A stretch of DNA of 64,000 bases, from contig OZ243974.1 in the NCBI GenBank assembly GCA_965214775.1, positions 2,400,001 to 2,464,000 of the forward strand, read 5' to 3'. Within the stretch, counting starts at the first letter, position 1. Every line of letters begins with the position of its first letter. The DNA comes from Nitrosopumilus sp. Its GTDB lineage: Archaea > Thermoproteota > Nitrososphaeria > Nitrososphaerales > Nitrosopumilaceae. A program made the translations under genes and the position numbers. The notes below the pieces were generated by a model. That model was not told the origin of the DNA. It did not search any database and saw only the letters and a list, made by a program, of their open reading frames with translations. Positions 9,058-18,292 of this stretch are shown here, in pieces.

Positions 9058-9360
9058 CTATTTCAGAGTTACAGACGCATCGTCTAGGGCGTCGGTCTTT
9101 TCGTTGGAGAATATCCAAAATACCTCGTTATTGTCATATGTTATTTTTTTTGATGCCTCCAAATATTCCAAGACAGTAGTCAGAGTGCCGTACTGCATGG
9201 CCTTTGGAAGCCTCTTCCAGAGCTGTGTCTTTGAAAGAACCCGGTGTTCTAGAAGGACATCCTCCACCATGAGTATAGAATCCAAGGTGGGACTGTGCCT
9301 GTTTTTAATTTTGGAATTTGTTTCAGATATCGATTCCTTAGAAACACTGCCTTGGCTCAT
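9058..9360 (-). CDS. Small wHTH protein, possible antitoxin/regulator
   Basis: 'SPTLDSILMVE...SKTQLWKRLPKAMQYGTLTTVLEYLEASKKI'; start chosen at MSQG. Confidence 0.6.
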   Translation of the reverse strand: MSQGSVSKESISETNSKIKNRHSPTLDSILMVEDVLLEHRVLSKTQLWKRLPKAMQYGTLTTVLEYLEASKKITYDNNEVFWIFSNEKTDALDDASVTLK

Positions 9361-9408
9361 TATACACTGTTGTATGTACAAAGTTGTATATAACAATACT
9401 GCATATCA

Positions 9409-9557
9409 TAGTTTGTTGTATGACTTCCTTTTTCGTCAAAAAACTCCTGGTTTCGATCACAGATAGATCCGAAATCAACTGTGATTTTTATCTGGACTTA
9501 TAATTTAGGACGAATTCAAGTAAAAAAATCGAGTTATGCAACAAACTAGATGTTGTA
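9409..9557. repeat. MITE with IS5-type inner TIR (TAGTTTGTTGCATAAC) and IS66-like outer tip; sister copy 50639-50798
   Basis: Aligns over ~140 bp with 50649-50790; inner TIR equals that of the IS at 13894-15133. Confidence 0.85.
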
Positions 9558-10136
9558 TCTATGTGTCGTGCTTATAAGGATTCCACGCGTAACGGTGTTG
9601 TGAAGTATGGCTTTGGCTGGGGGTCTCTTCCTGACAATCACAAAATGAAGGTCGGACACTTATCTATACGAGGATCTCCCTCAGTACCATTCTTCATCCA
9701 TTTGTCAGAACCGTTCTGCAGTTACTAAACGAGGATCTCCCTCAACTACATCAACGCAGATTAAAGTTCTAACTGTAATGACAATAATAATAATGATGAT
9801 GACGTTCATTTCACACGCATGTCCACTATGCACTGACTGAAGGCCATCTATTTCTTTAGCATACGAGGACTCCATGACGCACCTGGTGTTATCCGGAATC
9901 TTTGCAAACATCTCTCTTATCTCGCTGTTCCTGTTGCTTATTTTTGTATTCCCCAGGACCTTGCCGTCCTTGTCCATCACCGCGACCTGGATGGACTCCT
10001 TGTGCACGTCCAGGCCGACATACTGCTGCTCCGCCTTTGATTTCACACATATCCTTTTTTTTGCGCTAATCTGTCTGTTTGCATTGCCTTTTATCTTGGT
10101 ACCATCTGAATTTTGTTTTTGAGACACATATGGTTA
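9556..10136 (-). mobile_element. Internally deleted IS110 copy 3 (non-autonomous) retaining both ends and the ncRNA
   Basis: Same ends as copies 1 and 2; transposase jumps from 'MESS' to the last codons; diverged in sequence. Confidence 0.9.
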
Positions 10137-10154
10137 CCCTTGTTTTGGCTCAGA

Positions 10155-10261
10155 GTAACAGCTCGGGCTCTGGAAGTTCAGGTGTGAGTTTTGCCACCTC
10201 GGAGGCCCATGACATATTCGTGCCTGAAATCAGGAACAGCTTCCAGAGCCCGAGCTGTTAC
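10155..10261. repeat. GTAAC-ended MITE; relatives ~7061-7173 and 50961-51078
   Basis: Perfect 22-bp TIR GTAACAGCTCGGGCTCTGGAAG. Confidence 0.8.
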
Positions 10262-10402
10262 CTCAAAGACTTATGCTCATTGCTATATGGATGTCAAGAC
10301 TGATGCTGTCTGCGTTTGGAATCTGTTGGACCATCAGTTACAAGGCTGGATGATCGCCGGTTTTGGATTTGTTATAAATAGGCCACCCATGATTTGTTTT
10401 TC

Positions 10403-10547
10403 AATATATAAAAAACTAGCAGCCAGCTTGCCTATGAATATATAAAAAACTAGCAGCCAGCTTGCCTATGAATATATAAAAAACTAGCAGCCAGCTTGCC
10501 TATGAATATATAAAAAACTGCCAACCAGCTTGCCTATGAATATATAA
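10403..10547 (+). promoter_or_regulatory. 34-bp tandem repeat (x4 plus partial), each unit containing a TATA box
   Basis: Unit AATATATAAAAAACTAGCAGCCAGCTTGCCTATG; last TATATAA ends ~25 nt before ATG 10572. Confidence 0.8.
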
Positions 10548-10571
10548 TGAAACTCATTATGATCACAAAGT

Positions 10572-12086
10572 ATGGCAAAAGAGTTGGATCTGCGCAATTC
10601 GAATCCCTGGTGGAGGAATCCTGCAAGTATTCTAGACGATAAAAAAATCATAGAGTGGGAAGAATCTCAGATAAAGTATGATCCAAGACTTGGGAATGCA
10701 ATTGAATATGATTTTGAGGCAGGTAATACCGTAGTTTACACCCTGCGCGGACCTCGACAGGTGGGCAAAACAACCCTGGTCAAATTACAGATCAGGGATT
10801 TTTTAGAAAAAGGAACAAACCCGTGGAATATCATGTACTATTCGCTTGATCTGGCAAATACCCCACAGGACGTAGTCGACGTGGTTGAGACCTATTTGAA
10901 AGTCAGTAGCAGGCAAAGAGGTGAAAAACGATCCTATCTGTTTTTAGACGAGGCATCATCTGTGGCAGATTGGCAAAAAGGCATCAAATGGTTGGTGGAT
11001 GGTGACAAGCTAAGGAATTGTACGGTTGTGGTAACGGGTTCACAGGCAACTAACATCCGCAATGCAGCAGAACGGCTACCGGGCCGCAGGGGGATCATAG
11101 ATGATGCCTATGACCGGGTTTTACTCCCAATGAAGTTTGCAGAATACGCATCGCTGCTAAACGAGGACGTGAGAAAACTAGTCGAAAAAAACGATTTGCT
11201 CCCATTTGGAAACAGGGAGGAAATTTTTAGAAAATTAGTTGCCGGAGAAATTGATGAAAGACTAGACAAGATAAACGCATATCAAAATGAAACAAACGAC
11301 CTGCTAATGGAATACATGATGACTGGCGGCACTCCCAGGGTAATAGATGAAAAGATGAAAACAAACACAATTCATGAAGGCATATACGCAAACTATTTGG
11401 AAGGGATTAGGGGACAATGGAGTGAACTCGGAAAAAATGAAACCATGTTAAAGCAATTTGCCGGTGCCATAATCAAAAGCATGACCGGTCATATCTCCTG
11501 GAACGGTCTTGCCAAAGAATCCGCGCTGGGAGGCGGGGGCACGGCACAGGAGTATGCATATGCCCTGTATGATCTGTCCGTACTGTCTGTAATCCACCTC
11601 TACGGGGAACAAAGGAAAATTCCCCTGATCCAAAAAGACAGAAAGTTCTATTTCCACGACCCGTTTTTTGCACACATATTCAACGGCTGGATGAGTCCGG
11701 GAGGGAATTTTGAGGCCAGCCTCCGATATCTTGAGGATGAGGCAAATCAAAGCAGGCTGATTGAGGGAATTGTTGCCGATCATCTTATCAGACTGGCCTT
11801 TTCGATGAGCAAAAAGAAGCAGACCCATGACTACTATAACCACGTTTTCTATTGGAAGGATGACAAGGGGCGTGAGGTGGACTTTGTACTTTATGACGGG
11901 GACAGGATGGAGGTTCCAATCGAGGTAAAGTTCAGAAACAAACTGAACCCAAGGGATCTGGCCCCGCTGGTGGGCTTTCTTGGCAAGACAGGCAGCAAAA
12001 AGGGATTGGTCGTTTCAAAGACTGCCTTGGATGAAAAGGCAGACTATGTTGTGGTTCCTGTCTCTGTGTTCTTGCTGCTGATTTGA
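10572..12086 (+). CDS. AAA_14/DUF4143 (COG1373) ATP-binding protein
   Basis: GPRQVGKTT, LFLDE, VTGS, TGGTP, KFYFHD, EVDFV...IEVK. Confidence 0.9.
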   Translation: MAKELDLRNSNPWWRNPASILDDKKIIEWEESQIKYDPRLGNAIEYDFEAGNTVVYTLRGPRQVGKTTLVKLQIRDFLEKGTNPWNIMYYSLDLANTPQDVVDVVETYLKVSSRQRGEKRSYLFLDEASSVADWQKGIKWLVDGDKLRNCTVVVTGSQATNIRNAAERLPGRRGIIDDAYDRVLLPMKFAEYASLLNEDVRKLVEKNDLLPFGNREEIFRKLVAGEIDERLDKINAYQNETNDLLMEYMMTGGTPRVIDEKMKTNTIHEGIYANYLEGIRGQWSELGKNETMLKQFAGAIIKSMTGHISWNGLAKESALGGGGTAQEYAYALYDLSVLSVIHLYGEQRKIPLIQKDRKFYFHDPFFAHIFNGWMSPGGNFEASLRYLEDEANQSRLIEGIVADHLIRLAFSMSKKKQTHDYYNHVFYWKDDKGREVDFVLYDGDRMEVPIEVKFRNKLNPRDLAPLVGFLGKTGSKKGLVVSKTALDEKADYVVVPVSVFLLLI

Positions 12087-12306
12087 GCAATTTATGATGA
12101 TGACTGCTCCGGAGAGGCGACTTGAAATCAATTGTAGCACGAATTTTTCAAGTGATTTTATAGACGGTTGTATTTTGTTGGTGTTTTGAGATGTTTTACA
12201 CAAATTCGTTCATGCACACACGATCATTTGTCAACTTTAAACCAACACTCTTGGAAAACGACAGATCCTTTGAAGGATAAATTGCCGCCTTTACGACATC
12301 ACGTGC

Positions 12307-12501
12307 CTATATGCCTGTCAGTGAAAAGATCATGCTTGTCACGATGCCGATTCCTATCAGGGCGATTCCAAGATAGAGGCAGTTTTTGGCCTTTCTGGGG
12401 TCGTCATGCCGCAGAACAAAATACGCGATCAGCCCGCCGCACACATTCATGAATATCGGCAAAAGAAACCACATGTTGCTCCTTTGCTTTTCGGAATACA
12501 T
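12307..12501 (-). CDS. Small two-TM membrane protein
   Basis: 'WFLLPIF..GGLIAYFVLRHDDPRKAKNCLYLGI'; upstream TTAAA box. Confidence 0.7.
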   Translation of the reverse strand: MYSEKQRSNMWFLLPIFMNVCGGLIAYFVLRHDDPRKAKNCLYLGIALIGIGIVTSMIFSLTGI

Positions 12502-13002
12502 GGGAATGGTTTGTCCCGTATGCTCTTTAACCTTTAGGTGAAGTTGATTTGATGATCCTGTCAGCTCCGAGCAACTGCAGGTTTTGTGGAATCAGTTGTT
12601 CTCTTGAGAAATGAGATGGATTTGGCCGACTCGGGGATGCGCGTGGGTTGCTGGTTTACGGCTTGGTTCGGGCAGGCAGAGTGGGTGCTGAGGGGGAAAG
12701 GATGATCCGAAATCAGGAACCGTGCAAGCCGTTGTCCTGGTTTTTCTGTAAATTTGTCAGGCAGTTTGCCACAGGTGACTTTGCGTTTTGGTTTTTTGTT
12801 TGATGCAGATCCGTTTATGGGCGATGACCGAACTTGGTATCTTTGAATCAACCTGGGGGTTTTTGCAGTGTATCACAAAGGAGGCTGGTCTGCCTGTCAA
12901 TGAACGCAAAAGGCGACACCGGCGTTGCTGTGCCCGGTATGGAACCGGGTTTGATTGCCTGTCTTGGTTCTAGACGTCTTTCTTCCATTCATCTGAACCG
13001 CA

Positions 13003-13872
13003 TCAGTTGGGTTTTGGCATGCAACATTTTTTGTATTTTTTCCCAGACCCGCAAGGACACGGATCATTTCTGCCCGGTTTTTTGTTGTATGGGATGTCAT
13101 CATCATCATCATCATCCTCCTCATCATCATATATGCTGTCTCTTTGATTGGTGATTTTGTGCTCAACTGTGCCAAAGATCTCAAATGGATCCATTGAGAC
13201 GCATTTTGCTGCTACCATGTCTGATTTGTCTTCGTACGTTTTGATCACGTCCCCCTGATCGAAGAATTCATTTGTGACAAACCCTCTTTCAAGCGAGTCT
13301 GTAATATACTCTGATACGTCTGGGTCCCTCAGATCAACCAGGGAGTCCATCAGAAAGGTCCTATCGCCTATGTCCTGCTCTATTTGTACCGCATCACGTA
13401 TCGTTTTGATGATTTTTTGCTTTTCTTGCGGGTGTTCTAACGCGATTATGACCAGCGCGCTGGCAGCACAATATCTTGAGAATATGCTGGCAGAGGACAG
13501 CGACACCACATGGCAGAGAGAATCCACTGTCTTTGGCCCCATGTATGCCAAGACGTTGTGAATCTGCTCGCCAATACTGCTATCAGACATCATGTCAGGA
13601 TACTGAACAAGCGCCGAGTTTATTGCAGTCTGTGCCCTCTTTGTGCCAATTTTTGCAAGCATGTATAATGCATATACCGGAACCAACGGCGCGTAGGTTT
13701 CATTGGTGTTGTCATGGTATTTTTGATACGTCAGCATCTCTGCCAGCATCTCAAATGATCTTTCGTCTTTTACTATGATCTCAAGGATCCACTCCTGGGT
13801 GATTGTGCCGTGAAGCTTTAGGTGGTCTATTGCCTCTTCCAAGTCCAATACAGAAGGATGATGTTGCAACAC
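13003..13872 (-). CDS. HEAT-like protein with C-terminal SEC-C metal-binding motif; native start cut off by IS
   Basis: GRNDPCPCGSGKKYKKCC; poly-Asp linker; homology to the paralog's N-terminus stops at the IS end at 13894. Confidence 0.8.
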   Translation of the reverse strand: MLQHHPSVLDLEEAIDHLKLHGTITQEWILEIIVKDERSFEMLAEMLTYQKYHDNTNETYAPLVPVYALYMLAKIGTKRAQTAINSALVQYPDMMSDSSIGEQIHNVLAYMGPKTVDSLCHVVSLSSASIFSRYCAASALVIIALEHPQEKQKIIKTIRDAVQIEQDIGDRTFLMDSLVDLRDPDVSEYITDSLERGFVTNEFFDQGDVIKTYEDKSDMVAAKCVSMDPFEIFGTVEHKITNQRDSIYDDEEDDDDDDDIPYNKKPGRNDPCPCGSGKKYKKCCMPKPN

Positions 13873-13893
13873 TATTATTGGTTTTGATATTGA

Positions 13894-15133
13894 TAGTTTG
13901 TTGCATAACCCTTCCTAAAATTTGAAATCTGACTGAAAATCACCGGAATGATCAACTAATCCTTGCCGAAAAAGTAATGGATCATGAGGATGCCTCGTAT
14001 GGTATACATTGGCACACACGGATAATGCAAAGTACGTAGAGAGAGGGGCAGGCCTGGTCGTCAAGTACGACCCCGGCTGGGAGAAGGATCTCAAGGCTGC
14101 CAACCGCCACAAGGAAGGCGCCCCGTTCCTGTATGCAGAAGGCATGATAATGGCCGCAGCCGCCCTCAGGACCGCATTCATGCTAAAGTACAGGCAGCTG
14201 TCAGGCATGCTCGGGGAGATGCTAAAGGGTGCGGACTCGCCGTGTTACACCACGATATTCAGAAGGATACAGAAGCTTGACGTAGATATTGCAGAGAACA
14301 TAATTACGGTGCGCGACAAGTCCTGTAACCTGGTCATGATAGCTGACGCCACGGGCCTCAAGCAGCACAACCGGGGCGAGTGGATATGCAAGAAATGAAA
14401 GGTAAGGTGCGGATTCGTCAAGATGCACCTGATGGTCGATGCAGACACCAAGCAGGTGCTTGCAGTATCTGTCACAAGTGATGCAGTCGGCGACAGCACG
14501 GAACTGCCGGCACTGCTTGAGGAGGCGGCCAAGAACATCAAGGAAGAGGAGGAGCAGCAGCAGGAACGCACCGACGGCGCAGATGCAGTCAAGATTTCCA
14601 ACATGCTTGCAGACGGGATCTCACCGATTACCCTGCTTGACACCGGCGCGAATCCAGATACACCGGGAAAGATCCTGCTTGCAGACGGCGCATACGGCTC
14701 GAGGAAGAACGTGGCCGAGTGCCACAAGCGCGGTATAAAACCACTCATACGGCTTTTGACAAGCTGTACTGCAAAGGGCAAGGGCACCGGCGACAAGTGG
14801 GGCATGCTTGTACGATGGCAGCTCGGGGGCGGCCCCGAGGTGCCTGTGGGTGATCTCTCAAAGGAGGAAAGACAGGAGAACCTGCGGTACTGGAAGAGCA
14901 CGGTCGGCTTTGGCAGCAGATGGATCGTCGAGATCGTGATATCGGCCATAAAGCGCATGTTTGGCGAGTGCGTAATGGCCCTCAAGTGATCCAATATAGT
15001 GCAGGAGGTAAAGCTGAGGATATGGCTGTATAACAAGTGGATTGCAGAGGCGGTGGCTACCGTGTAGGAACCGGGTGCCGGTCATGATCCGGGCGGACTG
15101 ACTTGGCTCTAGTCGGAGTTATGCAACAAACTA
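13894..15133 (+). mobile_element. IS5-family element with interrupted transposase
   Basis: 16-bp TIR TAGTTTGTTGCATAAC; no matching TSD. Confidence 0.85.
14009..15067 (+). pseudogene. IS5 DDE transposase with two in-frame TGA stops (14396, 14987)
   Basis: DATG, KMHLMVD, ADGAYG and RWIVE..ISAIKR motifs all in one frame. Confidence 0.85.
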
Positions 15134-15243
15134 GCATGGCCGGCTAGGCCCTCAAATTTTCAAAGGCTGCCTCCCCGGCCCTCCATCGATCCCAGAAGCG
15201 CCGCATAAACGTTTACAAGCGGAGGCGATCCTATACCTGCACG

Positions 15244-15660
15244 TTGAGTGTCAGCTTCAAGTACGAGAACAGGCTGTCCCGGTATGTCCTTGATAGCGAG
15301 GGCGGATACAGGCATGAGACGGTGACCGTCGGCGAGAATGCAGTGCCCGGCAGGGGAGAGATCATAGTCGACGTGTACGAGCCGGATCCCGGCAGGCGGA
15401 GGAGTCTGAGGCGTTTCCTGAGCAGCCGTATCATCCTGGGGGACCTGTATATGGAGGAGATGTACTGCGAGACGCTGGCGTGGAATGACAGGAAGGGGTC
15501 AAAACGAAGCGTGGGGGCGCTGTTTGAGCTGTACCATGGAAGCACGATGTCTGAAGGGAGAATGTACAAGCTGGCCGCGGCGTTTAAATCGGTGAGGGAG
15601 CAACGCCGCAGAAGCGGGGTCTCCGGGCATCGGCGCGTCGAGTGTGAGGCAGACCAGTAG
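15244..15660 (+). CDS. Hypothetical protein
   Basis: 138-aa ORF with plausible composition; no recognised motif. Confidence 0.4.
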   Translation: MSVSFKYENRLSRYVLDSEGGYRHETVTVGENAVPGRGEIIVDVYEPDPGRRRSLRRFLSSRIILGDLYMEEMYCETLAWNDRKGSKRSVGALFELYHGSTMSEGRMYKLAAAFKSVREQRRRSGVSGHRRVECEADQ

Positions 15661-16032
15661 GCGGAAGTACAAGACCCCCCGAAGCCACCCAGACCCTGCC
15701 GCGGACCGGCAAATCCGCATTCTGCACAATTTCTTCTGGATGCGGTGACAAGCGCTCCTGCGACCAGTCCCCCACATGCCAGCAGCTCGGGCTCGAGGCC
15801 ATCCATGATCCTGGGTATGGATGACGGCCGGCCGTACCTCACATGATCCGCATGAGCGGATCCGCCCGCCGCCGATGGCCTGATTCATGGGATTCATGCC
15901 AGAAGGGAGCCTGTCTCGGATTCACAGGGGGAGTCTGCCGGGCTGCACGGATCCGATGATCGGGGGCATGGCCAGGTGCATGCTGCCCGGGTCTAGGCGG
16001 CCGCGCCGGGCCGTCTTGCCCGGCATCCCCGC

Positions 16033-16704
16033 TCAGGAATGGCCCAGATCTGGGTGTATCTGGTTTAGCTCGTCCCGGTATCGGGGGTCTATCAAATCCC
16101 AATTGCTGTTGAGAAAGGTCAGGCACACGGGTTCTGCCATCCAGCTGCCGCTGATGTTGTCGTTCTCAAGAAACGCAGCGGCGACGTCATTGATCTGCTT
16201 TGGGGAGAATGCGGTGTGTTCAAACAGCACATAGGCTGCCGCGCCGGCGTCTTCAGCCGAGTCGGTGCAGCGCATCTCCTCTATCAGCATGTCGATCGCT
16301 TTTCGATCCTCGTCATGAATCGATCTCATGGCCCGTGCAAGCATCGACACCTCATCCGGATCAATCCCCGGATCAATTTTCTGCGAGTCCCCAAACCCGA
16401 ACATAAAGCCATAGGGCGTGACATGATCAAGGCTGACCGGAAATATCTTCCTGTCGTACGCTATGGCGATTCCGACCTCGTGATCCGTAAAGTCCGAGTT
16501 TTTAAAGTTCTCAGACAGCAGCGCCACGAACAGGGAGCACTTTTCGATTAGATCCTTTATATCGTCCTCCCAATCCTTCTTGAGCGCCAAATCATCGCCT
16601 GCTCCAAACACGTCAAAACCCTGCCCTGTCAGCATCTCTTCCAGGCGCCTGGCAGCAGTCCGGTCCTCTGCTGCATGACTCAGAAAGATCTGGATGCGCT
16701 CCAT
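16033..16704 (-). CDS. TIR (Toll/IL-1R) domain protein
   Basis: 'IFLSHAAED', 'FVALLSENFKNSDFTDHEVGIA' with the catalytic-position Glu. Confidence 0.85.
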   Translation of the reverse strand: MERIQIFLSHAAEDRTAARRLEEMLTGQGFDVFGAGDDLALKKDWEDDIKDLIEKCSLFVALLSENFKNSDFTDHEVGIAIAYDRKIFPVSLDHVTPYGFMFGFGDSQKIDPGIDPDEVSMLARAMRSIHDEDRKAIDMLIEEMRCTDSAEDAGAAAYVLFEHTAFSPKQINDVAAAFLENDNISGSWMAEPVCLTFLNSNWDLIDPRYRDELNQIHPDLGHS

Positions 16705-16769
16705 GTTGATATGGCTGGGAAGTCCGGATTTTTAACGCTTGTGATGCGCATGTGGGGCCACGCCCCCTG

Positions 16770-17928
16770 AGAGTTGATTCGAAATTAGCAAATTTTGATC
16801 AAATGGGCACATATTGTACACCAACCCGATCCAAATGCAGGCAAAATGTACATAATTCATGAAGTTGTTTGATAAATTATCAAAAAACCCCCGGACATTC
16901 AGGATGTTTGCCGGCATGACTGCCCCCGAATTTGATTTGTTGTATGCAAAGGTGGCAAAAAAACACCCAAAGATGGACAGAAAGAGGCTGCTTTCTGCCA
17001 AAAAAGACCGCAAGCGTGACATCGGTGCAGGACGCCCGACTGCCCTGAACCTAAAGGAGAGTCTTCTGCTGTCCCTGTTCTACTACAGGACGTACGTCAC
17101 GCAGGACGTGGCATCTGCCATGTTCGGCATTGGACAGGCATCAGTCTCGCGCACAATTGACAGGATTGCGCCGGTTCTCAAGCAGTGCCTGTCGATCCCC
17201 GAAAAGATCTATTCGGGCACCAAGAGAATATCCTCAGTAGAGGAGCTAATGGACGTACTTCCAGAACTTGTCTGCCTGACAGATGCCTCAGAGCAAAAGA
17301 TATGCAGGCCCAAGAGAAAGGACATGGAGAGATCGCACTATTCAGGCAAGGCAGGCACGCACACAGTCAAGGTCCAGTATACCACCAACATTCACGGACT
17401 CATAGTGCACAAGACGCCCCACTCTCCGGGACGCGTAAACGACATCACAATGTACCAGATGAGGCATCCCACGTTCCGGTACGACCAAAGAAAGGAGAAA
17501 GAGAAAGAGAAAAAGTGTCCCGGCGGCGGCGGGGATGGTGATGCGCCGCAACAACAACAAAAGAGCACAAAGCTGCGTCACTACATGGACCGCGGATACC
17601 AGGGAGCACAGTCAGTGGATGCAGGCACGGACGTCATACTCCCAATCAAGAAAAAACCGGGCGGCAAGCTCACTGATGCGGAAAAAGAGTACAATATCAC
17701 GCACTCAAAGATACGCGTGTACGTGGAGAACACCATACGCAGGGTCAAAACATACAGAATAATGGGCGACCGGTACCGAAACCCACTCAAAAAGTACGAC
17801 CTTGCCAACAGTATCGTGTGCGGACTGGTCAACGATAGGGCGTTGGCCAGAATCGCTGCTGCGGCCTGAGTGGCGGCAGCAGAACGGCTGCGGACGGGGC
17901 ACTCGATTTCTAATTTCGGATCACCTCT
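16770..17928 (+). mobile_element. IS5-family (ISL2/IS493-like) element
   Basis: TIR AGAG(T/G)TGAT(T/C)CGAAATTAG; CTG target duplication. Confidence 0.85.
16859..17869 (+). CDS. IS5-family transposase (HTH_Tnp_4 + DDE_Tnp_4)
   Basis: GAGRP, YSGK..HTVK, DRGYQG, R..VENTI motifs. Confidence 0.9.
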   Translation: MKLFDKLSKNPRTFRMFAGMTAPEFDLLYAKVAKKHPKMDRKRLLSAKKDRKRDIGAGRPTALNLKESLLLSLFYYRTYVTQDVASAMFGIGQASVSRTIDRIAPVLKQCLSIPEKIYSGTKRISSVEELMDVLPELVCLTDASEQKICRPKRKDMERSHYSGKAGTHTVKVQYTTNIHGLIVHKTPHSPGRVNDITMYQMRHPTFRYDQRKEKEKEKKCPGGGGDGDAPQQQQKSTKLRHYMDRGYQGAQSVDAGTDVILPIKKKPGGKLTDAEKEYNITHSKIRVYVENTIRRVKTYRIMGDRYRNPLKKYDLANSIVCGLVNDRALARIAAAA

Positions 17929-18127
17929 CTGAGAGTTGATTCGAAATTAGCAGACTCTGATTATTTGTGAACGAATTTGCATAAAGCAGCTCAAAAGTAC
18001 AACTTCAGATCCTTTTTATACTGACTAGGGAACTTTTTGCCCGGAACTTTTTGATCCTTCCGCATCTGCTGTGACAGACCCGCTACATCACACCACACGT
18101 CCCTTGTATATGCAAGACCGGCAGCGC

Positions 18128-18169
18128 GCAGACAACAGATTATTGGCAGACAACAGATTATTGGCAGAC
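18128..18169. repeat. 18-bp tandem repeat in the IS66 3' non-coding region
   Basis: GCAGACAACAGATTATTG x2 plus GCAGAC. Confidence 0.85.
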
Positions 18170-18292
18170 GGCACCTGCAGGAAACCAGCATTGTCAGATT
18201 TGCCTGGCGTTGTTGACTGGCAGACTTGCCTGCACAGTCGGATTCTTTGACATGAAGCTACGGGTTACGCCGTCCCGTAGACGCCAGACGGA

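Noticed and set aside
10155-10261. AAC...GTT palindromes as integron attC sites
   Set aside because: They do not fit RYYYAAC/GTTRRRY, there is no cassette array or integrase, and GTA tips with 8-bp TSDs in relatives favour IS66-type MITEs.
14396-14989. Two TGA codons at probable Trp positions as recoding
   Set aside because: TGA is a normal stop in many core genes here; TGG to TGA decay of a pseudogene explains it.
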